Source of the DNA: a virus
Direction: 5' to 3' (one strand)
Virus record (IMG/VR): IMGVR_UViG_3300023174_004998
Span: 1-64,000 of that record
DNA length: 64,000 nucleotides
Shown in pieces: positions 8,174-16,991 of this stretch (the stretch's first letter is position 1; every line of letters starts with the position of its first letter). The position numbers were made by a program, and so were the translations under genes. Below the pieces are notes generated by a model that was given only the letters and a program-made list of their open reading frames with translations, ran no database searches and was not told where the DNA came from.

Positions 8174-8202
8174 ATTGTAGCAGAGTAGAGATTATTTGTC
8201 AA
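8174..8202 (-). promoter_or_regulatory. Near-consensus sigma70 promoter for the tRNA
   Basis: TTGACA-17-TACAAT, ending 8 nt before the tRNA 5' end. Confidence 0.85.
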
Positions 8203-8203
8203 C

Positions 8204-8230
8204 AAAAAAATAGGATCCAAAAGGATCCTA
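8204..8230 (-). terminator. Intrinsic terminator after the glycosyltransferase
   Basis: TAGGATCC-TTTT-GGATCCTA followed by T7. Confidence 0.75.
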
Positions 8231-8271
8231 TACTGGTAACTTATCCTATTCTACGCCACCAGCGAGGCGAG

Positions 8272-9261
8272 TTATACCAAATTGTTTTTAAATATTTCCC
8301 ATGCTCGTTGCCAACTCCAACGTTGACTTCCTTGAACTACCAAATTTTGATCCAGGGTTAGACACTGATCCACTGCCACACGCAGGTCTTGAGACATGTA
8401 TCCTGTCACACCCTGATCAACCACATCCAAGGGGCCCTGCACAGGATATGCCGCAACTGGTGCGCCGCAGGCCATGGCCTCAATCATGACAATTCCAAAC
8501 GTCTCCCATTGGCTGGGGAAAACAAACACATCGGCCATTCGATAATAGTCCGCTAATTCTTTACCAGTTTTAAATCTCACAAATTCCACTTCGGGATATG
8601 TTGCTTCATATTCTTCACGCATGGGCCCATCTCCGACCATGATCTTGCGGGCACCGGGATAATCCAACCGAAAAAAATCTTCTAGATTCTTTTCTTTGCT
8701 CACACGGCTCACACACAACAGCAAAGGATTTTGATTGGGTCCCCGAGGTCTAGGGTAAAATATATCACGATCAACACCACGTGTCCAACTAACAATTTCG
8801 CCATCAAAGCCATGATCACGTAGTTCTTGGACCATGGTATCTGTGGTGGTTAGTACCTTACCTGAGTGTTTGTGAAACCAACGCACTAAAGGCCAAGTAA
8901 GGGCTTCAGGTATTCCAAACAGTTTTCTAAGTCCTTCCGGAAACTTAGTATGATAAGCAGTATTGTAGCGACGACCGTGTTTGTCAAGATATTGTCTAGC
9001 ACACAGACCCATAGGACCCTCTGTGGCGATATGGATATGATCCGGAGATATCTCCTCAATCGCCTGGCCGATCTTCCGGGGAAAGGCAATCTTGACTTCG
9101 TTGTAGCCAGGGCAATTAACATGGCGGAACCTCCCGGGATCAAGATAAACAACACGATAACCGTCGAGAAGCGCCATAGCCTCAATATTTTTGTAGGTCG
9201 TAACCACGCCATTGATCTGCTCCGATAAGTTATCAGTTATTATCAGTATAGTCTTTGTCAT
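8272..9261 (-). CDS. GT4 glycosyltransferase (Agt-like glycolipid synthase)
   Basis: QINGVVTT, HIATEGPMG, YHTKFPE, RVSKEKNL, FPSQWETFGIVMIEAMACG. Confidence 0.85.
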   Translation of the reverse strand: MTKTILIITDNLSEQINGVVTTYKNIEAMALLDGYRVVYLDPGRFRHVNCPGYNEVKIAFPRKIGQAIEEISPDHIHIATEGPMGLCARQYLDKHGRRYNTAYHTKFPEGLRKLFGIPEALTWPLVRWFHKHSGKVLTTTDTMVQELRDHGFDGEIVSWTRGVDRDIFYPRPRGPNQNPLLLCVSRVSKEKNLEDFFRLDYPGARKIMVGDGPMREEYEATYPEVEFVRFKTGKELADYYRMADVFVFPSQWETFGIVMIEAMACGAPVAAYPVQGPLDVVDQGVTGYMSQDLRVAVDQCLTLDQNLVVQGSQRWSWQRAWEIFKNNLV

Positions 9262-10009
9262 GTTCTTTAGTCCATGTTACTATTTCCCAACAACCGTCAT
9301 GGTGTTCTACCAGTGCTGTACAACTTTCGACCCAGTCACCGTCGTTCATGTAGGTAACACCATTGATTTCTTTGATCTCTGCGTGATGTATGTGTCCACA
9401 GATGACTCCATCAAAACCGCGTTTCTTACAGTAGTTGGCTAGATTTTCTTCAAACTTGAACATAAAGTCCACTGCTTTTTTTACTCTGTGCTTAAGATAA
9501 CGACTAAGACTAAAGTACCCAAAACCCAGTCTATGACGGATCCAATTAAATTTTGAATTAAGTGAAAGAATGAAGTCATATGCTTTGTCTCCTAAAAAAC
9601 TGAGCCAGGGTGCCAGTCTGGTAATGCCGTCAAACAGATCACCGTGTACCACAAGATAGTGTCGGCCGTCAACACCTATGTGTTCTGTTTGGTTATGTAT
9701 TTCTATCATGCCAAATGAGAAGCCATACGGTATCATGGGTCTTAGGAATTCATCATGATTGCCTGCTATGAATACTACACGAGTTCCACGCTTGGCATGT
9801 CCCAGTACTCTACGTACTACATTGGTATGGCTTTGCTTCCACCGCCACTTGTTTTGTTGAATCTTCCAGGCGTCGATGATGTCACCCACAAGATACAGTG
9901 TTTCGCAGGTGTTGTGTTTGAGAAAGTTGTTGAGAGCTTCAGCCTTGCAGTCTCGAGTTCCAAGATGCACATCTGAAATAAAGATAGACCTGTAGATTTT
10001 CTCTGGCAT
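9233..10009 (-). CDS. LpxH/PlcP-family metallophosphoesterase (phospholipase C-like)
   Basis: FISDVHLG, LVGDIID, GNHDE, HGDLFD, CGHIH, NDGDWVESCTA. Confidence 0.88.
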   Translation of the reverse strand: MPEKIYRSIFISDVHLGTRDCKAEALNNFLKHNTCETLYLVGDIIDAWKIQQNKWRWKQSHTNVVRRVLGHAKRGTRVVFIAGNHDEFLRPMIPYGFSFGMIEIHNQTEHIGVDGRHYLVVHGDLFDGITRLAPWLSFLGDKAYDFILSLNSKFNWIRHRLGFGYFSLSRYLKHRVKKAVDFMFKFEENLANYCKKRGFDGVICGHIHHAEIKEINGVTYMNDGDWVESCTALVEHHDGCWEIVTWTKEHDKDYTDNN

Positions 10010-10030
10010 GCTATTATTTACTGCAATGCC

Positions 10031-10059
10031 AGAAAAGTTTTATGACTGTTGTGTTACAG
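10031..10059 (-). promoter_or_regulatory. Pho box (PhoB site)
   Basis: 11-bp-phased repeats CTGTAAC-ACAA-CAGTCAT-AAAA-CTTTTCT, against consensus CTGTCAT. Confidence 0.7.
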
Positions 10060-10070
10060 TTCTAGGTACA

Positions 10071-10277
10071 TTATCTTTCTGTGCCGTTGATCTTTCGTAG
10101 TCGTGTGATTTTTTCAAAATCCTCGCCGCATTCTTTGGAACAAAACGCACCCGGCGTTGGCTCCTCGCACACCAAACAATATCCTGTGATAGGCGGCACC
10201 TTGGGTCTACGATTTAGGTTTGTCTGTAGCCAAAGCTCTGTTGCGGCATCTGCATCGTCAAATAAATCACTCATCAA
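10071..10277 (-). CDS. Small C4 zinc-finger protein (TraR/DksA-like layout)
   Basis: N-terminal DxxDxA motif; CLVC..FCSKEC. Confidence 0.55.
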   Translation of the reverse strand: MMSDLFDDADAATELWLQTNLNRRPKVPPITGYCLVCEEPTPGAFCSKECGEDFEKITRLRKINGTER

Positions 10278-10289
10278 TGTTTTCCTCGA

Positions 10290-10589
10290 TTACTCATTAG
10301 TTTTTAATCCATTGCTCTTGCGATCAGTGGGCGTGTCAATGTCTTGAAATAGACGTTTTTCTTGAGTGGTCAATTTATCCTTGTGCGTTTTGCGTGGATT
10401 GCCACACAAGTAACAGTCTGGATTACCACAGTCCATGACATGGTGTTTGGCCAATCGATGGGGCTGATTAACTGCTTGATCAGCAGGAGTTAATCCGTGC
10501 TGTTTGGCAATTTTGAGTTGCTTGTTAATGGCGTTTTCATCTTTGTGCAACCGCCGTGAATGTTTGATTTTATCTTCGTCTTTACTCAT
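10290..10589 (-). CDS. Hypothetical basic protein with CxxxxCxxC
   Basis: DCGNPDCYLCGNPRK; TAAATA 5 nt upstream. Confidence 0.6.
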   Translation of the reverse strand: MSKDEDKIKHSRRLHKDENAINKQLKIAKQHGLTPADQAVNQPHRLAKHHVMDCGNPDCYLCGNPRKTHKDKLTTQEKRLFQDIDTPTDRKSNGLKTNE

Positions 10590-10616
10590 AACAATATTTA
10601 ATCTCCCAATCCTCAG

Positions 10617-11162
10617 TTAACTTTTACACTTGAGCAAATTCAGCAAGTCTTGATATGTCAAGGTCTGTATGAGATAGTTATCCAAATGTACTTGTAGCGT
10701 TTCTGCGTTGATGTGAAACTGCCCTTCACCTACATTGCCTTTGTGCTGTTTGTTGTTGTAGCCAATGGTATCGTTGATCTTGTCTGGAGTGATGCGAAAA
10801 ATCTTGATGCAGTCATCAAAGAACAAACCATAGTAAAGAACTTCAAACTCAGACTTTTTGACCTGCTGTATATTGCACCAAAAATCATGCTCTTTCCAGT
10901 TCTTGAATTTTACGGCACGGTTGGCACTGGCTTCTGCGGCAATGCTTTCCAAGATATTGCTTTCTGTGATGGGAGTCAAGCTCTGTCGCACCGTGGAGAA
11001 TTTGACTTCTATGCGTTGGTTCAGCGTGGTATCAAATAAATCGTGAAAGATGTTTTTACTCTTATCCAGGCTCTTGATCAATTTGATCATGACTTCGGCT
11101 ACTTTGCCAAAGCGACGTGTGTTGAGTAAAAATATACCTTGTTTGAGTTCTTTTGCTGTCAT
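10617..11162 (-). CDS. Putative PD-(D/E)xK nuclease-fold protein
   Basis: GKVAE...HDLFD...RIEVKFS spacing. Confidence 0.4.
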   Translation of the reverse strand: MTAKELKQGIFLLNTRRFGKVAEVMIKLIKSLDKSKNIFHDLFDTTLNQRIEVKFSTVRQSLTPITESNILESIAAEASANRAVKFKNWKEHDFWCNIQQVKKSEFEVLYYGLFFDDCIKIFRITPDKINDTIGYNNKQHKGNVGEGQFHINAETLQVHLDNYLIQTLTYQDLLNLLKCKS

Positions 11163-11163
11163 T

Positions 11164-11433
11164 TTAAATCTCCAGTTCTCTGGCCTGTAGCTTGATCCAA
11201 GTTAGTTCTTTTGTATGTATCTTTTCATGCACATCGCGGCCATGCATTCTAACCAACACAGCACCATTGGCGTTTTCTAACCATATGCGAGTGGCATGCT
11301 CATAGCATTGTCCGTGCAAGGTGCGCTGATATTGGGTACTGAATTCAGGGTGATACCCACGCTGGATAGCATAGCGAGTGGGCTTGTCAAACATCTTCAT
11401 TCCCTCAGGAAATTCATAATAGTAATCAATCAT
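11164..11433 (-). CDS. Hypothetical protein
   Basis: Coupled ORF. Confidence 0.5.
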   Translation of the reverse strand: MIDYYYEFPEGMKMFDKPTRYAIQRGYHPEFSTQYQRTLHGQCYEHATRIWLENANGAVLVRMHGRDVHEKIHTKELTWIKLQARELEI

Positions 11434-11645
11434 CGTCCGTAGGTCCTTTTTATTTTTTGTAGTGTTCTTTTAGCAAACTCTGCACTGGCATGGTCAGGGT
11501 ACATTCGCTTAATATCATCCAGTGCTGTCCACATCAGTTCGTGTTCATCTTGTAGGTCATACACTCGGTTGCGCAGATTGCTGGCATCCAAGATGCTCAT
11601 CACACCTGATATCACACGAGCAATTAGCAACGACCAAAAATTCAC
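11430..11645 (-). CDS. Hypothetical protein
   Basis: Coupled ORF. Confidence 0.5.
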   Translation of the reverse strand: MNFWSLLIARVISGVMSILDASNLRNRVYDLQDEHELMWTALDDIKRMYPDHASAEFAKRTLQKIKRTYGR

Positions 11646-11873
11646 TCAATCCCATTTCAGTTTAAAAAGCACAGCATCCTTTTCATCAAAAAATCTATAT
11701 TCACCTACTTCGTCCCACTGTACACTGACGTCGCTGACATCTTGTACATGGTATCCTACATAGCTGGTACAGTTATTTCTAGCCCAACTGTCTATGTCCA
11801 ACCAATATTGTTCGGTCCGATTGTATCGATAACTGTTTTTGTTGTCATTGATATACACACTATGTACGTTCAT
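11646..11873 (-). CDS. Small protein, FxFxxxxDAxxFxLxW family
   Basis: C-terminal YRFFDEKDAVLFKLKW. Confidence 0.6.
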   Translation of the reverse strand: MNVHSVYINDNKNSYRYNRTEQYWLDIDSWARNNCTSYVGYHVQDVSDVSVQWDEVGEYRFFDEKDAVLFKLKWD

Positions 11874-12141
11874 GCCTGCTCCATCTCAATGCAAACAACA
11901 TAGCATCCTGCGGGTTTTCAAAACGAAAAGCAAATCCATCTACTCCACCAACACCAATGCCATGTCTTGGAAAACGTTGGAAATCTTCCCATCCATGTAA
12001 ATGATAACATCCTCCTGGCGTTTTGTCAAGCCAAGCGATGATATCATTTGGCGCATGGTCTGCATGCTCCAGCATGGTCGCCCAAGAAACAACAATTTCT
12101 GTCCAATCGTTGGGAGGCGGCCATGTCTCAATCTTTGTCAT
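11860..12141 (-). CDS. Small protein, FxFxxxxDAxxFxLxW family
   Basis: C-terminal FRFENPQDAMLFALRW. Confidence 0.6.
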   Translation of the reverse strand: MTKIETWPPPNDWTEIVVSWATMLEHADHAPNDIIAWLDKTPGGCYHLHGWEDFQRFPRHGIGVGGVDGFAFRFENPQDAMLFALRWSRHERT

Positions 12142-12430
12142 TGAGTTGATCGGCAAACTTGATCAGGAACCAACTCTGAGCCGATTCCGTATAAAAATCC
12201 AACACAGTGTACTCTTGATAGAATCCATAGGCCTGTCCGTTTTCTCGACGACCAGTTTCTACCCACTCTTTGTGATAGCGTTGAGTGAATCCCAACACCT
12301 TTTTCATTTTTGATCTGATCAAGAGTACACTGGGCTCGTCCTTGTACTCCTGTGTAAGCACCAGCATGATGTCTTGCCACACACGATGTGGCATGGTGAT
12401 CATGTCGTTGGTTATTTTGTGAGGTCGCAT
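12128..12430 (-). CDS. Small protein, divergent member of the same family
   Basis: C-terminal LDFYTESAQSWFLIKF. Confidence 0.55.
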   Translation of the reverse strand: MRPHKITNDMITMPHRVWQDIMLVLTQEYKDEPSVLLIRSKMKKVLGFTQRYHKEWVETGRRENGQAYGFYQEYTVLDFYTESAQSWFLIKFADQLNDKD

Positions 12431-13578
12431 GCAGGTCTCACAGCTTCTAACTCAGGTATGTAATCTTTCAACTGGATTCCTCTGCTTGCATCCAGTTGAT
12501 CGTTGTAGGCAAAAAATTTGTTTAACTTAGTTGCACCAACCACAGCAGTTTTTATACCATTGATAAAATAGTCAATCCTGTTGCGGTAGAAATCATCAAT
12601 TTCATAATTGCGTGATTGCTTACACTGTTCAAGATCTGCTAGAGCAAGCTCTTTGTTGGGAAACAAGAAAGGTGACACTTCTGCATCCGACCTGGGATTC
12701 ATTGCTTCGTTGATCAAGATCACAGGTACATTGTATTCTCGATCTAGGAACTTTATCAACTGACTTAGATTGGCAATATTCCAAATACTAGCACATACAC
12801 TAAAACAAACTTGATCTGTGATGGTTCTCAAACGATGTATGTTGCGAGTCAATGTGGTCCAGTCCGACGGCCAGCGTATGTAACGATTCACTTGATCATA
12901 TCCATCGATGCTCACAGTAAACTGCACATTGGTAAATTTGCTCAACAATTCAAACACCCGCGGATTCACATTGGTAGCGTTGGTAATGACCATGAGCTCT
13001 ATGTCTTGTCTACCATGCTCCAGTGCCTGTGAAAGAAATGTTTGAAACTCAGGCATGATGGTGGGCTCGCCGCCAGCTACAATAACTTTTTCTACAGTGT
13101 GGTAATCAACGACTTCGCTGAGTTTGACACGTCTACTGGTATCAACCACAGTCCATCCAATGCGTTCATATTCTTTGACCAACTGCGAACTAGCGCCTGG
13201 ATGGCACATGCGACAGCTTAAATTGCAGGTGTTGTCATTGCGGATGTCGTAATATCGTACTGCAGGCTGTACTTGATCTAGTGTAGTGATACCCGTCTTA
13301 GTCATCCATTCCGCACTGTCACGCTGACGGTAGCTTTCACCACCATTGGCTTCAACCTTGTAGCAATTCTGGCACTCCCGCACAGGTATTCCGGCCAGCA
13401 TGTCTGACCGTATGCGTTGGAAGTCTGGATCTGTGGCATAATCAAAACCCACAGGAAATTGCTTGATGTTATCTCCATAGCAACAAGGCTTTATAGCATC
13501 ATTCTCATTGACGTGCAGATGCACAAACGGCATCATGCAAAATGATTGATTTTGTTCTAGCAGTTGTTTAGGATCCAT
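12412..13578 (-). CDS. Radical SAM protein with N-terminal twitch/SPASM-like Cys domain
   Basis: CNLSCRMC, GGEP, TNAT, VSIDG, YIRWPSDW; N-terminal FC..PCC..CQNC. Confidence 0.85.
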   Translation of the reverse strand: MDPKQLLEQNQSFCMMPFVHLHVNENDAIKPCCYGDNIKQFPVGFDYATDPDFQRIRSDMLAGIPVRECQNCYKVEANGGESYRQRDSAEWMTKTGITTLDQVQPAVRYYDIRNDNTCNLSCRMCHPGASSQLVKEYERIGWTVVDTSRRVKLSEVVDYHTVEKVIVAGGEPTIMPEFQTFLSQALEHGRQDIELMVITNATNVNPRVFELLSKFTNVQFTVSIDGYDQVNRYIRWPSDWTTLTRNIHRLRTITDQVCFSVCASIWNIANLSQLIKFLDREYNVPVILINEAMNPRSDAEVSPFLFPNKELALADLEQCKQSRNYEIDDFYRNRIDYFINGIKTAVVGATKLNKFFAYNDQLDASRGIQLKDYIPELEAVRPACDLTK

Positions 13579-13585
13579 TGCCTAT

Positions 13586-13873
13586 TTAACGAGTTAGTTG
13601 TGCCCAGATCATCCATTCTTTAAAAGCATTGTACACGAGTTGCGCTTCTTTGTCATCCTGAGGAACTTTCACCCCACGTACCCAAAATCCGTCTGGGCCA
13701 ACTCTGAGCATTTCACTGCCGCCGGCCATGCAAGTTATGGTGTTGGGATTGTGATCGTTTCGGAAGGTGTATCCAGAGTCACTGGGAGGAACTGCTCCAT
13801 ACAACGGATCCAATTTCATTTCTGCCATGGTACGATCATGATCTTCCTGCCAAAAATCGTGTTGTGTTTTCAT
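13586..13873 (-). CDS. Hypothetical protein
   Basis: TGATG overlap with the upstream gene. Confidence 0.55.
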   Translation of the reverse strand: MKTQHDFWQEDHDRTMAEMKLDPLYGAVPPSDSGYTFRNDHNPNTITCMAGGSEMLRVGPDGFWVRGVKVPQDDKEAQLVYNAFKEWMIWAQLTR

Positions 13874-14544
13874 CACCAAGCTCCGGGCCACGCGGCATAA
13901 CGATTGATTGCTGTATAAGCTGAACACATCTTTTTGGCCATGTCACTCTTGTGGCGACGGCTCCAATAGCGATCAGCGATAACAGTGAGATCTTCTAGAT
14001 CTTCTCTAGAGCCTGACCACTTGATATCAGCCACTGCCAAAGGACGGCCACGCCAGGACGCAAATCCATGATCCCAAATACGTTGTATGATATCCTGCCT
14101 ATTGGTCAGTCTGGTGCCAGTAGACAAGTCATAAATGCCGTGTGTTTTGCGTGTGGCAAAAGCACGACGCCAGGTCCTAAAACTGTGACAAAAGCCCTGC
14201 CCAGAATCTTGTACAGAGAAGTCTATGTTGGGAGAATCTATCCACTCTCGGTATTGTTGGGTCCACTCTCTGGGCAAAAGATCTTGCTCTATGCTGTTGC
14301 TGTTGTGATCGGCCAAGTACTGGATTTTGTTTCCATGCAACACAAGATGAGTGGCGCTGTGTTTCTTGCCCAAGGACAACAAGAAATCTAAGTTGCTGGC
14401 CGCATCTTCATCAGCTTTGGGGCCAATGGTAAACATCAGCAAGGCATCGCTTTCCTTGGTATTATACCCTGCACCCCAACGATAGCCTCGACGTAGTCGT
14501 TCTTCAGCATCACGCACGGCATAGATATTTTCGTATTTTAGCAT
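13873..14544 (-). CDS. Hypothetical protein
   Basis: 223 aa coupled ORF. Confidence 0.55.
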   Translation of the reverse strand: MLKYENIYAVRDAEERLRRGYRWGAGYNTKESDALLMFTIGPKADEDAASNLDFLLSLGKKHSATHLVLHGNKIQYLADHNSNSIEQDLLPREWTQQYREWIDSPNIDFSVQDSGQGFCHSFRTWRRAFATRKTHGIYDLSTGTRLTNRQDIIQRIWDHGFASWRGRPLAVADIKWSGSREDLEDLTVIADRYWSRRHKSDMAKKMCSAYTAINRYAAWPGAW

Positions 14545-14774
14545 CAGCGTACCCTTTCAATTATTTCTCTAGCATCAGGAAACTCTGTGATACCTTCTAA
14601 AAACTCTTCTAGCATCTCGTGTATCAACAAGGTTCTGAGACTTTGTGCTTGTTGTTGATCGGTTTTAGGAAGACTGCGAACAAAATTTTCAACTGATTGT
14701 TCGTCATCCAGTGTCCACATGATATCCAACAAGGCCACTTGCTTCTTGGTAAGTCCCTCAATCTTATACTCCAT
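14544..14774 (-). CDS. Hypothetical protein
   Basis: Coupled ORF. Confidence 0.55.
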   Translation of the reverse strand: MEYKIEGLTKKQVALLDIMWTLDDEQSVENFVRSLPKTDQQQAQSLRTLLIHEMLEEFLEGITEFPDAREIIERVR

Positions 14775-14982
14775 GATTCAGCTCCTTGAGTTCGTACTCA
14801 CTAAGGTCAATGATGTTGTTCAAATCTTTTGCGCCACGACGAATGTAGGCTGTGCCACCATCAGTGAAGATCTCTCCACATTTGCAACGAACAAAACTGT
14901 GACGACCAACACTTTCAATGATATCTTCGCACAGTCGGCACTGGCAACGATTGCGTATTACACGATAAAGCATGTCATCCAT
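14764..14982 (-). CDS. Small zinc-ribbon protein
   Basis: CRLC..CKCG..DGG; AAGGAG SD. Confidence 0.6.
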   Translation of the reverse strand: MDDMLYRVIRNRCQCRLCEDIIESVGRHSFVRCKCGEIFTDGGTAYIRRGAKDLNNIIDLSEYELKELNHGV

Positions 14983-14991
14983 AATTACTCC

Positions 14992-15360
14992 TTATTTTAC
15001 CAATGTTAACCAGACTTGTTCTTTTTCGTAGGCTGTTCGATATTCAGATCTAAATCCGTGTGTGTCACGTGCCCAGGCCGCTACCTTGTCATAGTTGCCC
15101 CAGGCCACTTCAGGACATTCCGTAGTGATCCATCGACCAATGGCCCACATCATCTGACGATTGGCAGTGTCAGCACAAGCAATAGCACGTGGCATGTCCA
15201 TGGCCAGCATGGCAGTGAGAAATCCGCCAGGCTCATAGCCATTGACCAAGTACAGAGTGAGAGCTTGTTGAGTATGATCAGGAATAGTCATACCCATGAA
15301 GCCTGGTTCACCGGTTTCAAAGTCCAGCATCTTGTTAGTAAGTAGTCTTTTCTTTTTCAT
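14992..15360 (-). CDS. Hypothetical protein
   Basis: PGGFLTAML..AD..N motif. Confidence 0.55.
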   Translation of the reverse strand: MKKKRLLTNKMLDFETGEPGFMGMTIPDHTQQALTLYLVNGYEPGGFLTAMLAMDMPRAIACADTANRQMMWAIGRWITTECPEVAWGNYDKVAAWARDTHGFRSEYRTAYEKEQVWLTLVK

Positions 15361-15761
15361 ATTTGCCTTGTCAATGCACTCAGCATCAAATAGTTCTGCC
15401 AGGCCTGTTGTACACTCTCAGGTTGTTGGAATTGTTCGTGGCCAATGGGGCCGGTGTCTACCCATACATAAGGAGTACGGCGCGGATGAGCACCAAACTG
15501 CCTGGGCTGGTGCAACAGGCCAGAGTCATACAGCTCAATAGAAATGTCGCGGTATCTCTGTTCATCTTCATCCTTGGTATGTATCCATTCAGGATTGCTG
15601 AATCCAGATCTCGTGCGATAGCCATTCCAAATACTAATCCATTGTTCATCGTTGTGCGGGTCAAAGTCAGTGCGGGTAATAATAACCAACACATCGTCCA
15701 TGCTGACGTTACCTTCCACAATGTCGCGAACACATCGGCTATAACTAAAACCAATTTTCAT
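15357..15761 (-). CDS. Hypothetical protein (start MKIGFSYSRCVRDI)
   Basis: AAGGA SD; ATGA overlap. Confidence 0.6.
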   Translation of the reverse strand: MKIGFSYSRCVRDIVEGNVSMDDVLVIITRTDFDPHNDEQWISIWNGYRTRSGFSNPEWIHTKDEDEQRYRDISIELYDSGLLHQPRQFGAHPRRTPYVWVDTGPIGHEQFQQPESVQQAWQNYLMLSALTRQI

Positions 15762-15889
15762 ACTACTTCCTTGTTGCGGTGTTTGGGCTGACGCTGATAC
15801 CAAGTACGCACCCGCATGACCACAGCACGGTGCCGATTGTGTTTGGCTACCCAGTTGCGTGTTTTTGGTGCGTCCTTGATCTTGTTCAT
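15758..15889 (-). CDS. 43 aa highly basic peptide (MNKIKDAPKTRNWVAKH..YQRQPKHR), not in ORF track
   Basis: Fills the gap exactly with an ATGA overlap; YxRxxKH recalls the ArfA C-terminal motif. Confidence 0.55.
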   Translation of the reverse strand: MNKIKDAPKTRNWVAKHNRHRAVVMRVRTWYQRQPKHRNKEVV

Positions 15890-15890
15890 G

Positions 15891-16076
15891 TCAATCATAC
15901 TGCACGTCTACAATACGTCCTTCACGGAAAATGTAATAACAATCTACCAACCCATACGTGACCCAAATGCAATCATTGCCAGGGCGCATGGCATAGTCTT
16001 CAATGCCTTTGTCCTGCAGATCTTTTTGAACTAACAGGGCCTCCAATGAGTTTACTTCAGTCATGCTCAATCCCAA
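15891..16076 (-). CDS. Hypothetical protein
   Basis: Short ORF in operon. Confidence 0.5.
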   Translation of the reverse strand: MGLSMTEVNSLEALLVQKDLQDKGIEDYAMRPGNDCIWVTYGLVDCYYIFREGRIVDVQYD

Positions 16077-16294
16077 GACTTTTTGTCACCATAGCGTTCA
16101 TTGTGATCGTATCCGGCATGGTAAGCTTCGATGTCTTCGTCGCTCATGACGTCCGCTGAAACTTCTGGACTAGATCCAGTGGCACCTAAGTACAAGTGCG
16201 GGCGACGTGGACGGCTGTAATAACTGTCTGCGGACCCACGATCAAATGCACTACCATGACGTGTATCGTATTCTGTAATGTCTGATACAAACAT
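16067..16294 (-). CDS. Hypothetical early protein
   Basis: RHGSAFDRGSADSYY..Y.AGY; AAGGAG SD. Confidence 0.6.
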   Translation of the reverse strand: MFVSDITEYDTRHGSAFDRGSADSYYSRPRRPHLYLGATGSSPEVSADVMSDEDIEAYHAGYDHNERYGDKKSWD

Positions 16295-16319
16295 ATCTGC
16301 TCCTTTTTATGATTCTTTA

Positions 16320-16348
16320 ATTATAACAAATGATTCTTTTCTGGTCAA
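16320..16348 (-). promoter_or_regulatory. Early sigma70 promoter
   Basis: TTGACC-AGAAA..17-TATAAT. Confidence 0.8.
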
Positions 16349-16509
16349 GCGCCATAGTAAACCGGGTCACGATCTGCTTGATCCAACTGTTCGATGTAGT
16401 TCTCAACATCAGCTTCGCTGATATCAAACTGTCCAGAGATTTGTTTGACTGTGGCACCCCGGGTCAGTGCTTCTTCAATGTCCAAGGCCAAATTTGAAAA
16501 ATATCCCAT
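16345..16509 (-). CDS. 54 aa hypothetical protein (MGYFSNLALDIEE...), not in ORF track
   Basis: TAATG overlap with the upstream gene; AAGGA SD. Confidence 0.55.
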   Translation of the reverse strand: MGYFSNLALDIEEALTRGATVKQISGQFDISEADVENYIEQLDQADRDPVYYGA

Positions 16510-16850
16510 TATGCTTTCCTTTCACGTACATCGGTGTTTAAGTTTGGGCGGTGAGTGCGGATCAACTCACGCTCTAATTGGTGTGCTTCAGTTTTGCCAC
16601 GCACCACTTCTAGGATACCGTAGTTGAATGATTCGGTACCACGCTCACGCAAGGCTTCGTACAATGCCCAACTTTTGTCTTCGGAACGGCTACGATACAG
16701 ATGCTTGTTCATACGCACCCGCAGGCTTTTTTGCACAGTGCTTTCTGTTTTGGCAGTGACACCAATGTAGAAGTCCTCACCCGAGCGTATCACGTAAATG
16801 ATATGGGTACGATCTACTCGTTTTTTGCGGGTTACTTTTTTAATTTCCAT
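16509..16850 (-). CDS. GIY-YIG-domain protein
   Basis: HIIYVI..FYIGVT..R..H...E..LI....P.LN; start at MEIKK. Confidence 0.7.
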   Translation of the reverse strand: MEIKKVTRKKRVDRTHIIYVIRSGEDFYIGVTAKTESTVQKSLRVRMNKHLYRSRSEDKSWALYEALRERGTESFNYGILEVVRGKTEAHQLERELIRTHRPNLNTDVRERKA

Positions 16851-16856
16851 ACATAT

Positions 16857-16885
16857 ATTATAACCGAAAACGCATTTCTGGTCAA
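16857..16885 (-). promoter_or_regulatory. Early sigma70 promoter (near-leaderless)
   Basis: TTGACC-AGAAA..17-TATAAT, 6 nt before ATG. Confidence 0.8.
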
Positions 16886-16991
16886 CCAACAAGAATGCAC
16901 TAAGTTAGTGCTTGCTAACCCAGCAAAACCGTGGGTTTTTGGTGTTGTATTTTAGCCACAATTATACGAAATAACGAATTACCTGTCAACC

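Noticed and set aside
8077-8220. N-terminal extension of ORF 7810..8220
   Set aside because: It runs through the tRNA and its promoter; the real start is ATG 8076 with an SD.
16509-16850. Mobile homing endonuclease call for the GIY-YIG genes (also 48442-48975)
   Set aside because: Both are short catalytic-domain-only proteins without DNA-binding tails or intron context, so mobility is unsupported.
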